Source: Octopus vulgaris
Taxonomy: Eukaryota
Assembly: GCA_951406725.2 (NCBI GenBank)
Contig: OX597814.1
Coordinates: 24,800,001-24,864,000 of the forward strand
DNA length: 64,000 nucleotides
Direction of reading: 5' to 3'
The notes beneath the pieces are model-generated. The model did no database searches. It saw only the letters and a program-made list of their open reading frames with translations, and was not told where the DNA came from. The position numbers were made by a program, and so were the translations under genes. This document shows, piece by piece, positions 14,147 to 27,052 of the stretch (its first letter is position 1; every line of letters starts with the position of its first letter).

Positions 14147-14631
14147 GTAAGTTTTTCTTTTTCTTCTATTTATCAAAGTATTTCTGAGAAATGTCACTGG
14201 TACAGGCCTTCCTTTTTGACAATAAAATATTAAGAATATATAATGATTTTATTATAAATAACATGTATGAAACCAGTTGAGTACTGGAGGTGATGTAATT
14301 GACTATCTCTTCCGACCAAATTTCAGACCTTATGCCTTTATTAGAAAGGATTATAAGTGATTCTAAAAAAAAATGAGTAGAGTGTTACTGATTATAATTC
14401 TGAAGCTTTAGAAAAAAATAATAATATTTCCCCCTGTTTCTGCAATATAAATCTAATACTTTGCATGAAATTTGGTAACCGTCTTCTCTCCTCATCACTT
14501 TTCCTTGTTAATTTGAATGTGACTGTTGGTTTGCTGCTCAGACATTCTTTTTATGATTACCAAATCAAGGGCTTTTTCATTGGATAAGTTGTTAAATTTG
14601 TTTTTCTTATAATGGCTGAAATAAATTCTTT

Positions 14632-15012
14632 TATCTTTTTAGTCTTTACATATTTCAGTCACTGGATTGCAGCCATGATGAGACACTACTTCAAAGTACT
14701 TTTAAGCTTGGTTTCTATTCTAGTAGTCTCTTTTTGGCTGAAATACCAAATTACAGGTATGTAAACAAACCTAAACCAATTGTCAAGTGATGAGAGACAA
14801 TCAAAAGCAAGTATACAGAAGCATTCACATATACACATAAATATAAATGTGCAATAGGTTTTTCTACAATTTCCATCTACCAAATTTTTTCATAAGTCAT
14901 TGGACAGAAAAGGGGCTATAATAGAAGACATTAGCCCAAAGTGCTGTGCAATGAGACTGAACACAGAATCACATGGTTGCAAAGTGAACTTCTTAATGAC
15001 ACATCCGTGTCT
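14632..15012 (-). mobile_element. CORE-like SINE family 1, old copy
   Basis: Degenerate match to family 1. Confidence 0.7.
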
Positions 15013-15554
15013 GTTCAAAAGGTAAACAGATTTTGATTCAATCATTAAATTATGTTTGGGGAATCATTTTGTTGTGATTTCAGAGGAATTAGGAATTTAC
15101 ATTCCCTAAACATTTATTTTCAAGCAATGCACATAACTCTGATTACAGTAATATAATTAGTTTTAGGGCACAAATTAACTCTCCAATATTGTTTTTATTA
15201 CAAGCATTAGAAAACACTTGATAGAGAAAGACGCATGTTCCAACAATTCAATGGAAACATGTAGAAGCATACTAATTAGGTTAAACCAATTCTTCTTCCA
15301 CAGAACCAGTCTCTATAAAAGCATTTTGTCTCCTTCCATACATTGACCATAAGTAATCCTGTAATGATCCTCATATCACCCTCCTGGTGTGACCAATGTT
15401 TTCTGATTTAGAAGAATATGCAGAAATTAAGACAGTAGTTAACCATTATAATAAACATTTTAAAATATTTTGCTTAATAACTTTATTTTGCTATTTGAAT
15501 TTAAATAATACTGAAATTGCCTTTTATCTTCCCAAAATCAAGAAAATATATACT

Positions 15555-15770
15555 CATTGTTGTTGTTGAGCTCCATGTCAGTTTTGATTGATTAAATATT
15601 TGATCAAAGACATTCTAGTTGTGACCATCCCACCTTATTTACTGGACATAATATATCTTGAACTACATCGTCCAATATGTTTTTATTTTATTATGGTAGT
15701 ATGAGTTGAGGCAGATTTGACTGTTATTTCTAGTAGGTCGAGTTATCACAAATAAGTTGCTTCATGTGCT
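15555..15770 (+). repeat. Old unclassified dispersed repeat (related copies near 1745-1915, 16665-16880, 24690-24930 minus, 36700-36820)
   Basis: Shared motifs agacctatgatcaaag...tatccaatat...gatttggctgctatttctag recur in all copies. Confidence 0.55.
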
Positions 15771-15849
15771 GAATAAGATTGACAATTACAACTTTTGTAA
15801 AAATTGGCTCCATGAAAAATAAAAATAACAATAAACATGGCTGTGATAA

Positions 15850-16065
15850 TAAGTTTCAAATTTAGGCACAAGTCCAGCAATTTCAGGGATGTGGTCAGTC
15901 AATTACATCAACCCCAGTGCTCAACTGGTACTTATTTTATCAACCCCAAAAGGTTGAAAAGCAAAGTTGGTCTGGGTAGAATTTGAACTCATAATGTAAA
16001 GACAGCAGGGAAATGCTGCTAGGCATTTTGCCCTGTGTACTAAAGATTCTGCCAGCTCACTGCCT
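15850..16065 (-). mobile_element. Nin/Deu-domain-like SINE (family 2)
   Basis: Reverse complement carries ctttgcttttcaaccttttggggttgataaaataagtaccag. Confidence 0.75.
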
Positions 16066-16097
16066 TTTGCTGTGATAATAAAATGATAAACAATAAA

Positions 16098-16401
16098 TGT
16101 TGCCCTTTTCAAGCCTAGCCAGGCTCATGGGCCCGGTTTCCCAGTTTCTGTGGAATATGCATTCCCTCCAGCTGAATGGGACACCAGTACATGGCAGCGT
16201 TACTCAAGAAACAGGAAGAGAGAGTGAGAGAAAGTTGTGGTGAAAGAGTACATCAGAGGTAACCACCACCCCCTGCCGGAGCTTCGTGGAGCTTTTAGGT
16301 GTTTTTGCTCAATAAACACACACAACGCCCAGTCTGGGAATCAAAACCACGATCCTCCGACCACGAGTCCGCTGCCCTAACCACTGGGCCATTGCACCTC
16401 C
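16098..16401 (-). mobile_element. tRNA-derived SINE family 3
   Basis: Reverse-complement homologue of 12795-13107. Confidence 0.85.
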
Positions 16402-17682
16402 AATAATAATAATAGGTATGCATTATTTATTCTTGTTGCCAAACATTTCTCAATGTTTCTGCTACAATAAACCTCTGGCTCAAAGTTTGCTAATCAAAGA
16501 CTTACTTAGTTAATACCTCAGTAGTGACACATCTGCGTACATTTTGTCATGCTTAAATATAGAGCTCATCACTTAATCTCGATAGGACTTTGGAAAGGTA
16601 GATTTAATTGCAGTATTGAATGAGTAAAATTGCAACACAGTCCCTTCACCAATGTTGCACATGCTATTTAACCCAAGGACAACTCTGATCAAACAGACCA
16701 AAGATCAAACACAGCCAAGCAGAGACTACAGCATTTTTATCTCAAGCATAATGTTGAATTAGGAATACATTATCTAAAGTATCCTTCTATTTCTGATATG
16801 GTAGAGTGAAATATGTAGAGAAATTAGCTGCTATTTCTAGAAGTTCTAGTTACCACAAAGAAGCTCCTTCAGTGGCCCTCAGTTTTCTCAGTACTTGTAA
16901 TAATTGATGGTAATTATTCTTTTATTAGAGGCAATCATCATTATCATTGTCATCACTGTCACCCCACCCCCCCCCACCCCCCCCACCACAACTAGAACTA
17001 TCACCACAACTAGCACCACCACTACTAGCAGCAGCAGCACCACCACCACCACCACCACTACAACTGGTACCATCACAGCAGTGATGATGATGATGATCAT
17101 CATCATCGTCATTTATACCCACATCGGTTTGAACAGATTTCTTGTAGTCGTGTCTTATATGCCCTTCCTGTCACCAACACTTTTAGTCACCTCTTATGAT
17201 ATTTAGGTATATTGTATAACTATTTTATACCAGCAATAATGATAATAATTAGAAAGGCACAAAAATAACAGAAATAGACCAGTTTAACTGTACTTAGAAT
17301 GACATCTAGGAACCACAGAAACTTGTCATGGTTTCCATTGGCAACAATTTGTCAAAAGAAAAATCAAATAAGTTCATTTGCCACATGGTGCATAGAGTCC
17401 AAATGTTACAGTTCTTGACCTTGATCTGACAGTGTAGAAAAGAGCAAATATTGGATGTTGTTTGTGCTAGAGGCAAGCAAGCAACAATCTTCTTTTTAGC
17501 ATCATTTAGCACGTTTAGCTTCTATGCTCTCAGATAAAAAGGGAGAACCAAAAGAACAAGGCTCTATACTACTCATTGTAAATTAATTTTGTTGGGTTCA
17601 ATTACAAATTTAGTCTTGTTTGTCTACATTTTGTTTTCAAACATCACTGTGGTTAAAATTGGTTTCAAATTTTGACACAATA

Positions 17683-17853
17683 GGCGCAGGAGTGGCTGTG
17701 TGGTAAGTAGCTTGCTAACCAACCACATGGTTCCGGGTTCAATCCCACTGTGTGGCATCTTGGGCAAGTGTCTTCTGCTATAGCCCCGGGCCGACCAATG
17801 CCTTGTGAGTGGATTTGGTAGATGGAAACTGAAAGAAGCCTATCATATATATG

Positions 17854-17884
<31 letters not shown>

Positions 17885-18101
17885 TTGTGTTTGTGTGTCT
17901 GTGTTTGTCCCCCTAGCATTGCTTGACAACCGATGCTGGTGTGTGTTTACGTCCCCGTCACTTAGCGGTTCGGCAAAAGAGACCGATAGAATAAGTACTG
18001 GGCTTAGAAAGAATAAGTTCCGGGGTCGATTTGCTCGACTAAAGGCGGTGCTCCAGTATGGCCGCAGTCAAATGACTGAAACAAGTAAAAGAGTAAAAGA
18101 G
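17683..18101 (+). mobile_element. CORE-like SINE family 1 (best-preserved copy)
   Basis: tRNA-like head ggcgcaggagtggctgtgtggtaag...ccgggttcaatccc, cttgggcaagtgtcttct, an internal (TA)n(TG)n tract and a (GTAAAAGA)n tail. Confidence 0.88.
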
Positions 18102-18102
18102 T

Positions 18103-18525
18103 AATGCCAGCAATTTTGGAGGAGGGGTAAGACTGTTACATCGATCTCAGTACACAATTGGTACTTATTTTATCTACTCCGAAATGATGAGAGGCAAAGT
18201 TGAGATCGGGACAATTTGAACTCAGAATGTGAAGACAGACAAAATGCCGCTAAGCATTTCACCCAGAATGCTAACAATTCTGCCAACTCCCTGCCTTCAT
18301 TGTGGTCAATATTAATACACATTAAGGCATTTAGCTGGTAGAAACGTTAACATGTCAGACAAAATGTTTAGTAGCATTTCATCTGTCGGCACATTCAAAT
18401 TATTTGCCTTTCATCCTTTGAGGGAGGGTCGATAAATAAAGTACCAGTACCCCCCCCCAAAAAAAAAATTAAGTACCAGTAACCCCCAAAAAATTCCTGG
18501 CCTTGTGCAATAATTTGAAACCAAT
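18103..18525. mobile_element. Two family-2 SINEs in inverted orientation (18103-18297 minus, 18325-18525 plus)
   Basis: Both contain the gcctttcatccttt...gataaa..aagtaccag module, on opposite strands. Confidence 0.75.
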
Positions 18526-18804
18526 GTTAATACACATCCTTCTATATAAGATGTAATAATTACCAAGAATATACTATGATATACACAATCAAGTATAGCC
18601 CCTTCCACTACAAATCTTGATGTTATATTTCACCAAAAAGAATCAGTAATTTTAATGATAAGAATGTAACTTAGGAGAGATAAGGTTAGACAATAGCGAT
18701 AGTGAATGGTGGTAGTGATTCTGGTGATTTTGCTACTTTGTTATTGATAATATATACAGCAATATGAGCACACAAACACACTTGTGTATACATATATACA
18801 TACA

Positions 18805-18839
<35 letters not shown>

Positions 18840-18841
<2 letters not shown>

Positions 18842-19936
18842 TTATCGAGGTGACCTAGTCAGTAGCGAGGGAAGGTGGGTTGAAAGTGTAGCTGCTAGAA
18901 TGAGAATAGCCTGGGCAAAGTTCAGAGAGCTCTTACCTCTGCTGGTAACAAAGAGCCTCTCGCTCAGAGTAAAAGGTAGACTGTATGATGCATGTGTATG
19001 AACAGCCATGCTACATGGCAGTGAAACATGGGCTGTGACTGCTGAAGACATGTGTAAGCTCACAAGGAATGAAGCCAGTATGCTCTGATGGATGTATAAT
19101 GTCAGTGTGCACACTCAATAGAGTGTAAGTACTTTGAGAGAAAAGTTGGACTGAAGAAGAGAGACGACTGCACTGGTATGGTCATGTGGTGAGAATGGAT
19201 GAGGATAGCTGTGTGAAAAAGTGCCACACCCTAGCGGTTGAGGGAACCTGTGGAAGAGGTAGACCCAGGAAGAACTGGGATGAGGTGGTGAAGCACGATC
19301 TTCAAACATTAGGCCTCACCAAGGCAAAGACTAGTGACCAAGACCTTTGGAAATATGCGGTGCATGAGAAGACCCGGCAAGCAAAGTGAGACCTTAACTT
19401 GTGGCCTATGCCAGGGGTGTAACCAGCCCACTTATGTGTATCTTTCCTTCATTGGACAATAAACTCTGCTTATGAAGACCATTTTGAGGCAAGTGAAATC
19501 GAAATCAAATCAAATTCACAAATTTGATGACTGGCACCCATGACAGTGGAGCGTTAAGAGCACCATCCAAGTGTGATCGCTGCCAGAGCAGCTGACTGGC
19601 TTCTATGCCTGTGGCATGTAAAAAGCATCATTCAAACATGATCATTACCAGCATTGCAAGGTCATTGCCAATGCTGCTGGACTGGGTTCCTGTGCAGGTG
19701 GCATGTAAAAAACACCACTTGAGCATGGCCATTGCCAGTACTGCCTGAGTGGCCCTCGTGCAGGGGGCACGTAAAAGCACCCACTATACTCTCAGAGTGG
19801 TTGGTATTAGGAAGGGCATCCAGCTGTAGAAACTCTACCAGATCAGATTGGAGTCTGGTTTGCCAGTCCTCAGTCAAATCATTCAACCCATGCTAGCATG
19901 GAAAGCAGACGTTAAATGATTATTATGATGATGATG

Positions 19937-19937
<1 letters not shown>
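18840..19937 (+). mobile_element. 5'-truncated RTE LINE
   Basis: Encodes [19 protein letters not shown]...[17 protein letters not shown] with stops, then the 3'UTR and a (GAT)n tail. Inserted in (TA)n. Confidence 0.92.
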
Positions 19938-19983
<46 letters not shown>

Positions 19984-20045
19984 CATATATATATATATAC
20001 ATACATACATACATACATACATACATACATACATACATACATACA

Positions 20046-20076
<31 letters not shown>

Positions 20077-21010
20077 TTTGAAGATATAATGTCATTGCAG
20101 TTAAGTGTACTTTATAGCAATGAAAAAAAACCGACATAAGAAAATGACTTGGATGTTAAAAAATAACAAAAAGTATCAGAAGTGTAAAAGAGGCAATTGT
20201 TGTTTTGTTTTAATATTTAACATTGCTAGAAGGGATGACAGAGGTGTGTAGGGACTTTGTCAGAAAAACAAATAGATGGAGAGATTGGTCAATCGATCAA
20301 TAGATAGACAGACAGACAGATAGATAGATAAAACACATTATATTTTATAAATGTTTCTGAATATTTATATTTCATAGTCTTAAGGAAATGTAAAATTTTA
20401 TATTTGGAAATATTCTAAAAATTCATCCAATAAATAAAAATAGAATTTATACATCAGTTTATCTTTCTTTCTTTTTTTGTTTTTGATTTTCTTTCCTAAT
20501 ACTTGAGTGTCATTGAGAATTGTTGACCCAGTTTTCTAACTGACAGATGAACTGGACTAAGTCACAGTTCAATTTGACAATATTTTGAAAAAAAAAAAGA
20601 CAAGTTTTCTTTCTGAATCAATCTGATTTTTATTTATTTACTTAACCGTTTTTTGTTTTTTTTCCTAGATAGGATATCTGGATGAATTGAATTTTTAATG
20701 TTGTTGTTATTTGAGGAAAGTGAATTTGCAGAATCATTAAAATATTGGGAAAAAAATGCCTTCAAGTATTTGTTTGGCAAATTGTGTGGCTATGGGTAGG
20801 AGTGATGGTGATAATCTACCCTGGGCAGCATTTTTATGGAGGAGCACTTTTGAGCCTGTATAGTGGCAGAGGGCAACAAAATCAAGAGCTGCTTGGCTGG
20901 CACACACACTCTAGCCAAGCTATAGATTCTGGTTCTATATATTCTGAGTCCTTTGCCACCAAGTTTCACTTTGCCTTCTTTATATACGCCCAAGTCAATA
21001 AAATAAGTAC

Positions 21011-21243
21011 CTATTTCTTTATTACCCACAAGGGGCTAAACATAGAGGGGACAAACAAGTACAGACAAACGGATTAAGTCGATTACAACGACCCCAGTGC
21101 ATCACTGGTACTTAATTTATCGACCCCGAAAGGATGAAAGGCAAAGTCGACCTCGACGGAATTTGAACTCAAAATGTAACAGCAGACGAAATACCGCCAA
21201 GCACTTCACCCAGCACACAAACATTTCTGCCAGCTCATCACCT
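21011..21243 (-). mobile_element. Family-2 SINE abutting an older plus-strand copy (about 20890-21010)
   Basis: Reverse complement of 42881-43110. Confidence 0.85.
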
Positions 21244-21384
21244 TGATAACATCTTTCTATACTGTGCTTTCTTTCTCTTAAACTCTCACTTGCTGGGCAG
21301 CTGGGAAATTCATTGCTATATGTGTTATTTTAGAATATTTCTATTAGAACAGAAAAATTCATAAAAGCATATATGTGTATAGCT

Positions 21385-21765
21385 ACAAGCATAGCTGTGT
21401 TGTTAAGAAGCTTGATTTGTAAACCCAAGGTTTTGGAGTTCAGTTCTACTGTTTGACAACTTGGGTGTCTTCTATAATCCTGGGCCAACCAATGCCGTGT
21501 GAATGAACATGGTAGATCAAAGCCATATGGAAGTCCATCATGTGTGTGCATGTGTGTGTGTATGTGTTTGTCACACTGCTTCTTTAAAATGGTGTTAGTT
21601 TGTTTATGTTCCTCTAAGTTAGCAGTTCAGCAATAGAGGCCAATAGAGTAAGAATAAGACCTTAAATTAAAAAAAAAACAAGTACGGGGGAGCCAACTTG
21701 TTTAACTTAAACACTTCAAGGCAGTGCACCAGCATGGCCACAATTCAACGATTGAAACAACTGAA
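21385..21765 (+). mobile_element. CORE-like SINE family 1, old copy
   Basis: Degenerate match to family 1. Confidence 0.7.
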
Positions 21766-21945
21766 CTGATAAGCCTCAGTGGCACAATAACCCAAAAATC
21801 TAACAAGTCTTTTGAGGTAGTGATGGGTTCTATAGCGAAAAGAGACACAAAAATTAGCAATAGCAAAGTCTCAAAAAGGACAAATAATCAATGAATATTT
21901 TCGAGACATACAGAGCAAAGTGATACACATCTTAAATATGTGGAC

Positions 21946-22010
<65 letters not shown>

Positions 22011-22840
22011 GGTGATAACAACAGCAGCAACAACAGTCATCTCTTTGATGATTGTTGTTGTTAATTCACTTACAGTTATTCATCTGAATATGGTGTTTCT
22101 GAAACAAACTAATTTCATTTGCCAATACACACCTATGCTTACACACACACACACACCTGAATATGTATGCACATATACACAAACACATACATACGCACAG
22201 ACATACACTGTGTGTATGTATGTATGTATGTATAAAATGTTTGATGTAATGGCGTTAGATTAATGAAAATATACTAAATTGAAATCCATTGCTAATTGAA
22301 TTGACATATACATTTGAAAATTATAAGAAATCAATTAAGGAATTAAATATTGAAATCTTATAATTTGATGTAAATAACTGGATTTGCTAAAGTGTGATAG
22401 CCAAAGCGGTTCTTGAGTACCTATTTCTAATTTCTGTTTTCCAAAGAGAAACAAAATATCAGGAGAAAGCGAAAAACAAATCAAGAAGAGGGAAAACAGT
22501 ATACACATTGCACTGTTTCCGATATATAAGATCATTAAAGAGAAATGAGGAGAAAATGAAATATTAAATATTATAAATTATCAACGGAATGGTGAAAATT
22601 TATAAACACATTCAGATACAGAAATTGTTTTTAATCTTTTATATTTTTTTTTAATATTACCATTTGCATCTTGATTTTGGAATAGATGTACTACTTCCCT
22701 GTGTGATGGAAAGAGATGACTAGACTGGTTGATGGGTGGAGGTGGCATATGGCCATTATGCATTGCCTCACAAAACACAGCCATCACATGACAGCATGTA
22801 AAAACCTATGTAGAATACTGATGATTTTATTCTTTTGCAG

Positions 22841-22926
22841 TTACCAGACAATAGCCTGGTAGCAAACTGGAGCAAACTTTCGAGCATGTCTTCAGTTATA
22901 TTAATCCCAGTTCTCACCACAATCTG
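22841..22926 (+). other. Tentative internal exon (86 nt)
   Basis: Branch-like CTGAT, ttttattcttttgcag| acceptor and TG|GTAACT donor. The only open frame is LPDNSLVANWSKLSSMSSVILIPVLTTI. Confidence 0.4.
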
Positions 22927-23449
22927 GTAACTGTTTTATTGTCCCTGTTAGCTTGGACCAATAAATTAGAGGATATATAGTGGCACAATATAAAGAAACC
23001 TGGCTAGTGTCATTTTGTTGAAGTGTCTGCTACAATAGCCTGGACCAGCTAAAGCCTTGTAAACGGATTTGGTAGACTGGAAACTAACACTTAAGATCCT
23101 TTTTGCTCGGTCCAATTCTCTCTCTTTCCCCCCTTCTCTTTCACGGTCATTTATTATCATCACTTATTCATACATTTATCTAATTCTGTCACAGATTGGC
23201 TGACTGAAAACTCTTGGTTGTTGCTCTAGTTAAGATTTTCAAATACCCAATTCTATCTCGCTATTATCAGCAATTGAGTTTCTGCTGTTTCGCGGTGTGT
23301 CCACTCTCCCACACCCACCGGAAGACTCTATCCTCTTACCTCTATTGGATGTCTTCCATGCACACTTCTAAAGGATTAATGCCCCCCGCCACATTCCTAC
23401 TTAGGGTTTATTTGTATGTAAGGTACAATCATATAGCACATAAAAATGA

Positions 23450-24468
23450 TGGTGTGATGCATGCAGGTTTAAGACTATTAGACGTACATGAGTTCTGCCA
23501 AATGTGAGCTTTCTTTTCAGATACATGATGCTGCTGTCCCCCATCCCAGAGTATCACGGGTCCACACCTCCCACACCTCCCACACCCTCAGGGTAGGCAC
23601 ATTCAATGTGGGCACACTGAAAGGTAGGTCTGGTGAGATTGTTGAGATGCTTGAATGGAGATGTGTAGATTTGTGCTGCATTCAAGAAGTAAGGTGGAGA
23701 GGTATTTCTGCTAGGTTCCTCACAGGCAAAGAACATTGATATAAGATTTTCTGAGCAGGGAACACGGACGGGGTTGGGGGTGTGGTATACTTTTTGTGGA
23801 GAAATGGGTTAATAGGTAATCAAAGTAGTCAGAGTCTGCAATAGAATTCTTAAGATTAGATTAGTGCTGCATCATGGGTGAGCAACCATTATCTCGATCT
23901 ATACCCTTCAGCCGGACTACCTGATGGACAGAAAGACCAATTTTATGACACCCTCTTGCAGACTACCTCATCGACGAATAACAGGGACCTTCTCTTTGTG
24001 GTTGGTGACTTCAATGGACATGATGGACAACATACAGAGCCATTAGGGAAAAGAAATAGGCATGGAAGGACTGGAAGAATGATGACAGTAGGGAACTGTA
24101 TCAGACTGCCAGAAGGGAAGCTAGGAGACAAGTTTACTTAGCCAGAGGGGAAGCAGATAAGAAAAAATTTGCCAATGTTCAGTGTTGTGAGAACCACTAC
24201 GAAAGGCTGCTAAATGAAGAAAATGAATGGGAGAAAGAGAATTTGCTGAATGTCGACCCAACAGAGGGACCAGCTATCAGAATTAACAGTACCTTGGTAG
24301 ATAAAGCAATTAAGGGTATAAAGACAAGGAAATCCCCTGGCCTATCAGGAATCACAACAGAGCTGCTTAAAATATCTGGTGGTGTTGGCTATAGTCTAGT
24401 GACCCATATAATCAACCAGGTGATGCATGAAGGAGTCATACCCAATGATTGGTGTAGCAGCACCCTAG
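23450..24468 (+). mobile_element. RTE LINE 5' portion (AP endonuclease and linker), internally deleted pseudogene
   Basis: APE motifs LRVGTFNVGTL...CCIQEVRWRG and VVGDFNGH, then KSPGLSGITTELLK...IPNDW (RT domain 0). Confidence 0.9.
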
Positions 24469-25954
24469 AATCTCTCTATTTAATTTATCTTTGTAATTGA
24501 ATTATACCCGTAGTTATATGGTATTCAACTGTAAAGGTGATTTTTTTTAAAAATGTTATAAAATCTTTTATCAGAATGCTACTAACTTTTTTGGGGAACA
24601 ATTTTTTTCCTAGCATGTGAGTGCTTATGATTAACCTTTTCAAACACACACACACACATACAGACACACACACACACACCTATCTTTTGCTGCTCCCATG
24701 AGGCAATGAGAGTTCTACATAATCGATGTAGAAGGTCTCTCTTTATTAGAAATAACAACCAAATCTTCCTAGACACACTTTACTATCATCGAAACGAAAA
24801 ACACGTTAGAATATGATGTTGTCCTGGAGGCATTATGTTTTCAAAAAAGGGTAGGTTACTGCTGGAGGGTTTTTGAACATAGCTCTGTCATCTCCATCAG
24901 AGCAGACCTGGGTTAAACAATAACAACACAAAATATTTCACAGAGTAATTATTCCCTTTCATGACGCTGATGGTTTCTTTTAGATTCACTGTGAAACTCT
25001 ATTGCTGTATTGCAATAAGTAACAATCTTTATAATCTTGTTAAAGATTCTTACAAAGCAATTACCACTGCACTTTAGGAATTCTAGGTTAATTGTCTTAA
25101 TCTGAGGCACTTAGTATTATTCTGAGCTGCCTTTTTAAGGACTTGTCTTCTTTACTCCTGTCTTCTTTAGAGCCTAAATTATTAATCCTGTCTTCTTTAG
25201 GGCAACCATATTTTGACATGCTGCTTTAGCAAATATTCCTTGATAATACTGTCTTCAGGCTTTAAGTGGTTAAGATCTGTTTTAATATCGAGAAAGACAA
25301 AATTGACAACCAAAGACTTGAAAACTTATCTTTCCATTTTCATATTTTTCTTGTTAGCAACTTGTGATCTTGACCTCTAAGGATATATACAATGCATTTG
25401 TCTTTTTAGATAAGTCAAATTATTACTATGGCAATAAATTTTCCTTTGTCTGTCCCATGTGTGGTTTTCTCTTCAAATTGAAAGCATTTCATTGATAAAT
25501 ATGAGATATTTGAGTTGTTTTGATTCAGCTCCAGGTATCTTTCTCTTTCAGTATCTACCTACCTACCTACCTATCTATCTATTTATCTATCTAGCTAGCT
25601 AGCTATGTATTTATCTGTCTGTCTGTCAATTTATCTATTCAACTGTCTGTCATATTATCATCATCAGCAGCAGCAGCATTGTCATTTAAGGTTCATTTTC
25701 CATGCTGGCATTGGTGGGACAGTTGTGTGTGTGTGTTTTATCATGGATGAATGGTTGAAAAAATACGTGGTTCAATTCCTGCAAGGGCATTCATACACTG
25801 TTTTTTTTTATACTTGCACATATACTTCATTATTCACTGTCTGTCTGTTTGTAAGTATGTCTTTCTATTTGCCTATTTGTCTGCCTGCCTGTCTCTCTCT
25901 ACCTTTCTACCTATCTATCACATTCTCTCTCTCTCTTTATCTATCTATCTATTT

Positions 25955-26275
25955 TTTTTTCCAAAAAAAGAAAAGCTCTACTTTGTAATCTGTCCTGTCT
26001 GTGTGCAGCCCTGTGTGGCTAATAAAGAAACATATCTATCTATCTATCTATCTATCTTTCCCTTTTTCGTTTTTTTCTTTTCCTTTTTTTCCTTTTTTTT
26101 TTTTTTTCTTTTCCTTTTTTTTCTTTTTTTCTTTTTCTTTTGTTCATTTTTCCCTTTTACGATCCCTTTTGATCGAAAACCTACGCCACCTTTTTTTTTT
26201 CTCCCTCAAAAGAAAAGCTCTACCTTGTAACTTGTCCCATCTGTGTGCAGCCCTGTGTGGCCAATAAAGAAACTT
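25955..26275 (+). mobile_element. Two tandem 3' tails of an unidentified non-LTR element within (CTAT)n
   Basis: aagaaaagctctac.ttgtaa...tgtgtgcagccctgtgtggc.aataaagaaac occurs at about 25965-26031 and 26208-26274, each time followed by TATC repeats. Confidence 0.6.
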
Positions 26276-26321
26276 ATCTAACAACCTATCTATCCATCTA
26301 TCTATCTATCTATCTAACAAC

Positions 26322-26380
<59 letters not shown>

Positions 26381-26699
26381 CCTATCTGCCTCTCTATATA
26401 TTGTTCCCTGTTGCTTCATCTTACTATACACTTAAGCTTTAAAACCTAAACCAACAGCAAGTTATATATTGCCTGTTATATGCCTTTCTTTATGGTGTTG
26501 TCATTTTAGTATATCATTCTCTCTCATTGCTGTAAATCATATATATCTACACTGATTTAATATCCAAAATATAAACCTGTTGCTTCAGCTAACTCAGCAC
26601 GTGATGTGTGTGCATGTGTGTGTGTGTGTTTGTGTGTGTGAACGTGAATATATACACATATTTATAAATATATATGTATCTGAATATATGTATATAACT

Positions 26700-26701
26700 A
26701 C

Positions 26702-26759
<58 letters not shown>

Positions 26760-26974
26760 TATGTATATGTATCTACACAAAAACACTCACATATATATAT
26801 GCATAGATACATACATATATATATATATACACATATATATACACATATATACATATATATATACATATACACATATATATATATACATATACATATATAT
26901 ATGTGTATATATGTATATATATATATACATATATATATATACATATATACATATATATATACACATATATATAC

Positions 26975-27009
<35 letters not shown>

Positions 27010-27052
27010 CATATATATACATATACACACACATATATATACATATATACAT
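26700..27052. repeat. Compound (TA)/(CA) microsatellite
   Basis: Seen directly. Confidence 0.95.

Noticed and set aside
16888-17206. Mucin-like or transmembrane ORFs
   Set aside because: Compound trinucleotide microsatellite (CAT/CAC/CAG/GAT).
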